From: a virus
Lineage: Duplodnaviria; Caudoviricetes
Direction: 5' to 3' (one strand)
DNA: 31,501 nt
Virus record (IMG/VR): IMGVR_UViG_3300017754_004657
Coordinates: 1-31,501 of that record
The number at the start of each line of letters is the position of its first letter. Positions within the stretch are counted from its first letter, which is position 1. The notes below the pieces were generated by a model. It did no database searches. It was not told the DNA's origin and saw nothing but the letters and a program-made list of their open reading frames with translations. Both the position numbers and the translations under genes were made by a program. Positions 26,255 to 31,501 of the stretch are shown in pieces.

Positions 26255-28171
26255 ATGCCCTTAATTCAAACATACCAAACTGATTTAAAATCACTTAGGT
26301 ATGGGCAAGACAGACCAGGTGGTGGTTCAAGTAATCAACCTTATCATAAGGTAAATTACAGAAAAAAATTTGAACTAAGTACAGAAGGTTTAGCCCAAAC
26401 TGGTGGTAGTGACCTTATCTTAAGAGGAGGTTACTTAACTCTTGGTGTTCCTGGTTATGCTAATAGTAGAGTATTAGCTGATTTAGAAAGAGTTGGTAAA
26501 TGGTTAACCTCCGCAGAGGGTTTAGTTTGGGTTGGCCAACAAAATGTTTTATCTCAATTAGGAACCAGAATGTATGGGGGTTACCCTATTCAAGTTAGAG
26601 CAGCTAATAGTACTAGATTAAACGACGGAACTTATACTCCTTTAAGTACATTAGCTGCTGTTACAGGTAATGCTTTTGGTACTCACCCTAATAAACAGGG
26701 AATAGATTTTACAGGTCAATCTGCAAATGGAAGACCAGAATATATTAAATTAGTTAAAGGAGGTGTTACTAATACTGGTACATTTGAAGGAATCACTAGT
26801 ATAGTTAATAACCGATTAGTTAATTTATATAGAACTAAAATAGCTGATTATCAAGGTTCACAAAGTACTGAATTGTACCAATATAAAGGAGGTCCTCAAT
26901 CTGGAGAAGGATTACAGTTAAATACTATAATTAATACTGCCTCTAATAGAACTCAATATGCAGGTGGAAGCTCTAATCTTCTATTTAGAACTCCTATTAG
27001 TGGTTTTGCTCCTTTAAGTTATAGAACTTTTAACCAAGGAGATATAGAATCCCTTAATTACAATTCTAGTAACACTTATTTTGTTGTAGGACCAGGTACT
27101 ATAACTACAGTTCAAGATTTTAGAAAAAAATTAATAGTTCCTGGGACTGAATCTTATATTTCAACTTCTCCTAATTATAAAACTCGTAATATTGAAAATC
27201 GAGTAAATTTAGGAGATCCTGGAGCTAGGGGTGTAAATAGAAGAAATTACCAAAATGGAGTTCCTCAAAACTATAGAGGATTAGATACTCTAAATGCTCT
27301 TTATTTATATAAATCTGCTAACGTAAATAATACAGATCAAAGAACTAATGATTTAGTTAAATTTAGAATAGCTGTTATAGATAATGATGATCCTAATTTA
27401 AAAACTTTTTCTCATTTTAGAGCTTTTATTAATTCTTTTGATGATAACACATCTGCTACTTGGGAGCCTTTTAAATATTTAGGTAGAGGTGAAGATTTTT
27501 ATACTTATAAAGGATTTAATAGATCTAACAATATATCATTTACTTTAATGGCTCAGTCTATTCAAGAAATGTCTATAATGTACCAAAAATTAAATTATAT
27601 TATTTCTTCTTTAGCCCCCGATTATAGTCAGGGTGGTTATATGAGAGGTAATTTAGTTCAACTTACATTAGGAGGATACTATTATGAAATGCCGGGCATT
27701 ATTGAAAATATAACTGTTACATTACCTAATGATGCTACTTGGGAAATAGGTATTCCACCAAGTGAAGCTGATAGTACTCGATTTGCGGCTAGCCCTACTG
27801 GATTCACAGGAAGAAATGTACAAGAATTACCTCATAGATTAGATATATCTATGACATTTAAACCTATTCATAACTTCTTACCTCAAATTGTAGGTTCTTC
27901 TTACTCTAAAACCGATAATGCTGACGGTATAAATGGAGGTCAAAATATTAAACAAAGATTCTTATCTTTAGCTAATGCTAATCCTAATTGGAAAGATGGT
28001 AATCTTTACGGTGAAGGTGTAGGTGAAGTATTTAAAATTGTTGATCCTAAGGCTCCAACTCAAATCCAAAACCTCCAACAAACTCGTCCTTCTATATTAG
28101 ACCCTATTACTCTATCAGGAGTACAACGTTCTTCTCCTATAGATTCAATTTTAACTCAACCAAGAAGATAA
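26255..28171 (+). CDS. Putative baseplate / tail-tube initiator protein (tube-fold C-terminal part)
   Basis: FRAFINSFDD...W...YLGRGEDFYTYKGFNR..SF...GNLVQLTLG...GII....WEI...LPH..DISMTF; position between tape measure and the gpX/gp53-like gene. Confidence 0.55.
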   Translation: MPLIQTYQTDLKSLRYGQDRPGGGSSNQPYHKVNYRKKFELSTEGLAQTGGSDLILRGGYLTLGVPGYANSRVLADLERVGKWLTSAEGLVWVGQQNVLSQLGTRMYGGYPIQVRAANSTRLNDGTYTPLSTLAAVTGNAFGTHPNKQGIDFTGQSANGRPEYIKLVKGGVTNTGTFEGITSIVNNRLVNLYRTKIADYQGSQSTELYQYKGGPQSGEGLQLNTIINTASNRTQYAGGSSNLLFRTPISGFAPLSYRTFNQGDIESLNYNSSNTYFVVGPGTITTVQDFRKKLIVPGTESYISTSPNYKTRNIENRVNLGDPGARGVNRRNYQNGVPQNYRGLDTLNALYLYKSANVNNTDQRTNDLVKFRIAVIDNDDPNLKTFSHFRAFINSFDDNTSATWEPFKYLGRGEDFYTYKGFNRSNNISFTLMAQSIQEMSIMYQKLNYIISSLAPDYSQGGYMRGNLVQLTLGGYYYEMPGIIENITVTLPNDATWEIGIPPSEADSTRFAASPTGFTGRNVQELPHRLDISMTFKPIHNFLPQIVGSSYSKTDNADGINGGQNIKQRFLSLANANPNWKDGNLYGEGVGEVFKIVDPKAPTQIQNLQQTRPSILDPITLSGVQRSSPIDSILTQPRR

Positions 28172-28175
28172 AGTT

Positions 28176-28481
28176 ATGAACAGATATCAACCGATTCCTA
28201 TAATTCGTAATCGCGATGGTAAACAGCAATATGCTAGTACTAAATATCCTCAAATCCCTAATAATTTTAGTGATGTGTATGTTATTACATCTGCCGAAGA
28301 TAGATATGATACTATAGCGTTTGCTTACTACAATGATTCAAGTTTATGGTGGGTTATATCTAGTGCTAATCCTCAATATACACAAGGTTCACTTTATCCT
28401 CCTGAAGGAGTACAATTAAGAATTCCAACAAATTTAAGTCCTATTTTAGATGCCTATAAAGCTTTAAATAATATAAGATAA
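28176..28481 (+). CDS. Baseplate wedge LysM-like protein (P2 gpX / T4 gp53-like)
   Basis: DRYDTIAFAYYNDSSLWWVISSAN...LRIP. Confidence 0.8.
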   Translation: MNRYQPIPIIRNRDGKQQYASTKYPQIPNNFSDVYVITSAEDRYDTIAFAYYNDSSLWWVISSANPQYTQGSLYPPEGVQLRIPTNLSPILDAYKALNNIR

Positions 28482-28487
28482 TAAGTT

Positions 28488-31400
28488 ATGAGTATAGTAG
28501 GAGCTCCTTTTTTACCCTATGTAAAAGATCAAATTAAAGTACGCCAACAAGTTTTAGGTAAAACCTCTTTAAATTCACAAGATTTAACTTGGATAAATAG
28601 TAAAACTTCTTGGATTAAATTAGCATCTTCTGTAAATATAGAAAGCCAAGTAGTTAAAGCTCCGAATGAGCAAGGTCAAGTTATAGATGTTTATAACAGT
28701 GGATCTGAAATAAGACAAAGTTTACTTGAAATTACTAATTACGGGGGTAATCGTCTAGCTCAAGAAATGGTACTTCAAGCTGGAGTATTAAATTCTTCTA
28801 ACGGGAATCTTAAATTTGGAGTTAGTGAAGATAATACTACACTTCCTAGTAATCCTTCTAATTATGGATTTGGGGGTAGTCAATTTGGTTTAGTTCCAAT
28901 GCCTGGCATTACTGGTTTTGAAGTTAAAACCTATAACAATGGTACCTTAAGAGAAGCTACAGTAAACATTACAGCATTTAACCGCAAACAATTTGAATAT
29001 ATTGATACTCTATATTTAAGATTAGGTTATACTATGTTTATTGAATGGGGTAATACCTCATATCCTACTTCTATAAGTAATACTGGTGATGCCTCATATT
29101 CAACTGGAGCTGATATTTCTTCTTTAAGTCTAACTAACGAATTTGTTTCTGTAGCTAATGCTACTGGTGTAAATAAAATTCCTGATTTTGAAACTAAAAT
29201 TGAAGCAAATAGAAAAACTTCCCAAGGCAATTATGACGGATTTATAGGACTAGTTAAAAACTTTACTTGGGACTTTAACCCAGATAGAACATACACTATC
29301 ACCTTAATTTTAATTAGTGCTGGTAGTGTAATAGAAAGTTTAAAAATTAACAATCAAGTTGAAGGCATTTCTTATACCCCACCTTCAGGTTCATCTACAT
29401 CAACTTCAAACCGCGCTTCTGCTTTAGCTACTTTTATTGAATTAGCTTCAACCCCAGTTACAGGATCAGATGGTACTAGCTTTGCTCTTAAAAAGTTTTT
29501 AAACGCTGATGAACAAAAACAATTAAATTTAGCTAAAAATTATTTAACATCATATGTTAGTAATGATAAAGTATACTATCCTATTTTATCATGTAATGTA
29601 GCATATGGTGTCGAAGATTCTACATATTGTAGATATATCCAATTTGGAAGTTTATTAGGTTTTATCAGTCAAAAATTATTATCATATGATTCTGAAGGTA
29701 CTGCTAACTATGTAAGAATTGATTATGATCAAGATACATTTGTTTATAGTAATACCTGGAGCTTTTCTTCGGACCCACAAAAATTAATTGTAAGATTTTC
29801 TAAAAATCTAGATGGTAAGCAATTAGACTTTTTTTCTACAAAAGGTACTGAAATTTCCCCTTTCCACTCAGTAGAAAAAGGAGTTAATGTAGGTCGTTTA
29901 ATGAACGTATATTTTGAGTACAAATACTTACTTAATGTCTTAAAAACTAACGAAGATCCTGAAGACGGAGGAGTTTATTTAGATAAATTTTTAACTACTC
30001 TTTTAAACGATATTAATGTATGTTTAGGAGGAGTAAATAAAATAAAATATAGAGTAAACAAAACTGAAATAAATGGTAGAGTTAGAGAAGTAATTCAATT
30101 CTATGATGAAGTCACAATTTTTGGAAAAGAAAAATTAGTTAGTGATAATTATGATTATGAAGTTAACTTATTTGGTTTTAATCCAAGATCAAATGGATTA
30201 AATGAAGGATCTTTTGTAAATGATTATGGTATAAGAACCGAAATTAGTAAACGTCTTCAAACTCAAATAGCAATTGGAGCACAAGCAGGTGGTCAAGCTG
30301 TAGGATTTGATTCTACAGCTATTAGTAAATGGAATGTTGGGTTAGTAGATAGAGTAAATCCTACTAAAACTGACGTAAACCGTGTAAAAAAAGATGCTGC
30401 TAAAAACTATAATGACTTTATTTTATTAGCTAAACAGTATACTGATTATCTTAAACAATTAGAAGGAGCAGATATTGGAGAATTTGATACTACTACTGAA
30501 GGTGAAGATACCCAATTAGCCCTACAGCAAGTAGGTGAACAATGGGATTCAGGAAGTATAGGGGGTACATTATTAGCTGCTATTAATGTACTTAATGTAG
30601 GTGTTGATGCTTTACTTGGAACTGATTTTGCAACTGACTATGGTCAAAACAGAAAATATGATTCTATTGGTCTTACTTACACTAGAGCTAAAACTTACAG
30701 ACTCCCTAACCTAAATTTAACATCTACAGAAGGAGAAAATCAGTGGGCTCAATTCCAAACAATTCAATCTACTTTCTTTAGTAAAGTAATGGCTGCTGAT
30801 GCTTTAGGTAAAGGTATAGTTACTCCGGTTATAGGATTCCTTCCTATTAACTTTACAGTTACTATGGATGGTCTTTCTGGGATTCGCATTTTTGATAAAC
30901 TACAAATAAATTCAAGATTCTTACCACCTAACTATGGAGAAACTTTAGAGTTTATTATAACAGCTTTAGATCATAAGTTTGTAGGTAACAAATGGATTAC
31001 TAATATTCAAACTACATCTATACCTAAACTATACTCAAAAGAAGCTCAAGTTAATTTAAATGTTAGTATTAAAGAAATTTTAGAAGAAACTACTCAACAA
31101 AGAGAAGCAGCAACCGATGCCCAACTTCCTGATACAGCATTTAATCGAAACATAATTACCAAAATTATTAATAGAGCAAAACAACAAGGAATAACTGATT
31201 ACCAAAGAGTATTTGCTATTTTAGCTGTAGCATATGCCGAATCTAGCTTTAAAATTATAGATGAAAGTTTTAACTATAGTTTTGAACGTTTTAAAGCAGT
31301 ATTCCCTGGTAAAATTAAAGCTAAAGGAACTACAGATGATGAAATAAAACAGATTCTTCGAAAAGGAAAAGGAGCAATAGCTAACTATGTATATGGAGGT

Positions 31401-31501
31401 TTATATGGAAACGCAGATAATGAAGGATATAAGTATAGAGGTAGAGGTTTGACTCAAATAACCTTTAAAGCTAATTATAAGTACTTAGACGAACTATTAA
31501 A
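28488..31501 (+). CDS. 3'-partial large baseplate hub-like protein with a GH19 (chitinase/lysozyme-like) domain
   Basis: Missing from the ORF track because it runs off the window. ATG 28488 MSIVGAPFLPYVKDQIKVRQ...PMPGI...LYLRLGYTMFIEWG...LPINFTVTMDGLSGI...; same frame at the end: AILAVAYAESSF...ESFNYS...IANYVYGG..GN..NEGYKYRGRGLTQITFKANY. Frame spot-checked at several points, not codon by codon. Confidence 0.8.
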   Translation, partial: MSIVGAPFLPYVKDQIKVRQQVLGKTSLNSQDLTWINSKTSWIKLASSVNIESQVVKAPNEQGQVIDVYNSGSEIRQSLLEITNYGGNRLAQEMVLQAGVLNSSNGNLKFGVSEDNTTLPSNPSNYGFGGSQFGLVPMPGITGFEVKTYNNGTLREATVNITAFNRKQFEYIDTLYLRLGYTMFIEWGNTSYPTSISNTGDASYSTGADISSLSLTNEFVSVANATGVNKIPDFETKIEANRKTSQGNYDGFIGLVKNFTWDFNPDRTYTITLILISAGSVIESLKINNQVEGISYTPPSGSSTSTSNRASALATFIELASTPVTGSDGTSFALKKFLNADEQKQLNLAKNYLTSYVSNDKVYYPILSCNVAYGVEDSTYCRYIQFGSLLGFISQKLLSYDSEGTANYVRIDYDQDTFVYSNTWSFSSDPQKLIVRFSKNLDGKQLDFFSTKGTEISPFHSVEKGVNVGRLMNVYFEYKYLLNVLKTNEDPEDGGVYLDKFLTTLLNDINVCLGGVNKIKYRVNKTEINGRVREVIQFYDEVTIFGKEKLVSDNYDYEVNLFGFNPRSNGLNEGSFVNDYGIRTEISKRLQTQIAIGAQAGGQAVGFDSTAISKWNVGLVDRVNPTKTDVNRVKKDAAKNYNDFILLAKQYTDYLKQLEGADIGEFDTTTEGEDTQLALQQVGEQWDSGSIGGTLLAAINVLNVGVDALLGTDFATDYGQNRKYDSIGLTYTRAKTYRLPNLNLTSTEGENQWAQFQTIQSTFFSKVMAADALGKGIVTPVIGFLPINFTVTMDGLSGIRIFDKLQINSRFLPPNYGETLEFIITALDHKFVGNKWITNIQTTSIPKLYSKEAQVNLNVSIKEILEETTQQREAATDAQLPDTAFNRNIITKIINRAKQQGITDYQRVFAILAVAYAESSFKIIDESFNYSFERFKAVFPGKIKAKGTTDDEIKQILRKGKGAIANYVYGGLYGNADNEGYKYRGRGLTQITFKANYKYLDELL

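Noticed and set aside
14422-29230. Short nested or antisense ORFs (14422..14685, 18455..18694, 19016..19204, 20359..20593, 22169..22522, 25524..25841, 29027..29230)
   Set aside because: They overlap well-supported plus-strand genes and have no recognisable motifs.
20490-31501. Interpretation as a bacterial eCIS/tailocin locus
   Set aside because: Not formally excluded because no head genes are visible, but gp26/gp51-like chaperones, a repeated late-promoter-like motif, and the absence of host genes or an Afp15-like ATPase in the window favour a large myophage.

Overview
AT-rich, all plus-strand late (virion) region of a large contractile-tailed phage. No capsid genes are in the window, so 'phage' rather than another contractile injection system is an inference. 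Gene order: (1) a partial fibre-like gene with about 165 strict Gly-X-Y triplets built almost entirely from GSS/GTS, then three short paralogs sharing its C-terminal domain and a stand-alone fibre-associated domain; (2) three tandem collagen-like genes (780/789/788 aa) with length-matched collagen domains of about 640-650 aa; (3) a protein-modification cluster containing a GT4 + COLGALT-like GT25 + PLOD-like lysyl hydroxylase triple fusion, a second 2OG-Fe(II) oxygenase, two paralogous putative glycosyltransferases, an FkbM methyltransferase and a GT4 + Aah/TibC-type iron-finger O-glycosyltransferase fusion; (4) a tail module with sheath, tube, a chaperone pair with a candidate frameshift, tape measure, baseplate proteins and a partial hub protein ending in a GH19 domain. 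The main candidate novel system is a phage-encoded, animal-like collagen maturation pathway (Lys hydroxylation then hydroxylysine glycosylation, possibly Pro hydroxylation) lying directly behind its probable collagen substrates. All family calls come from motif recognition by eye, not database searches.
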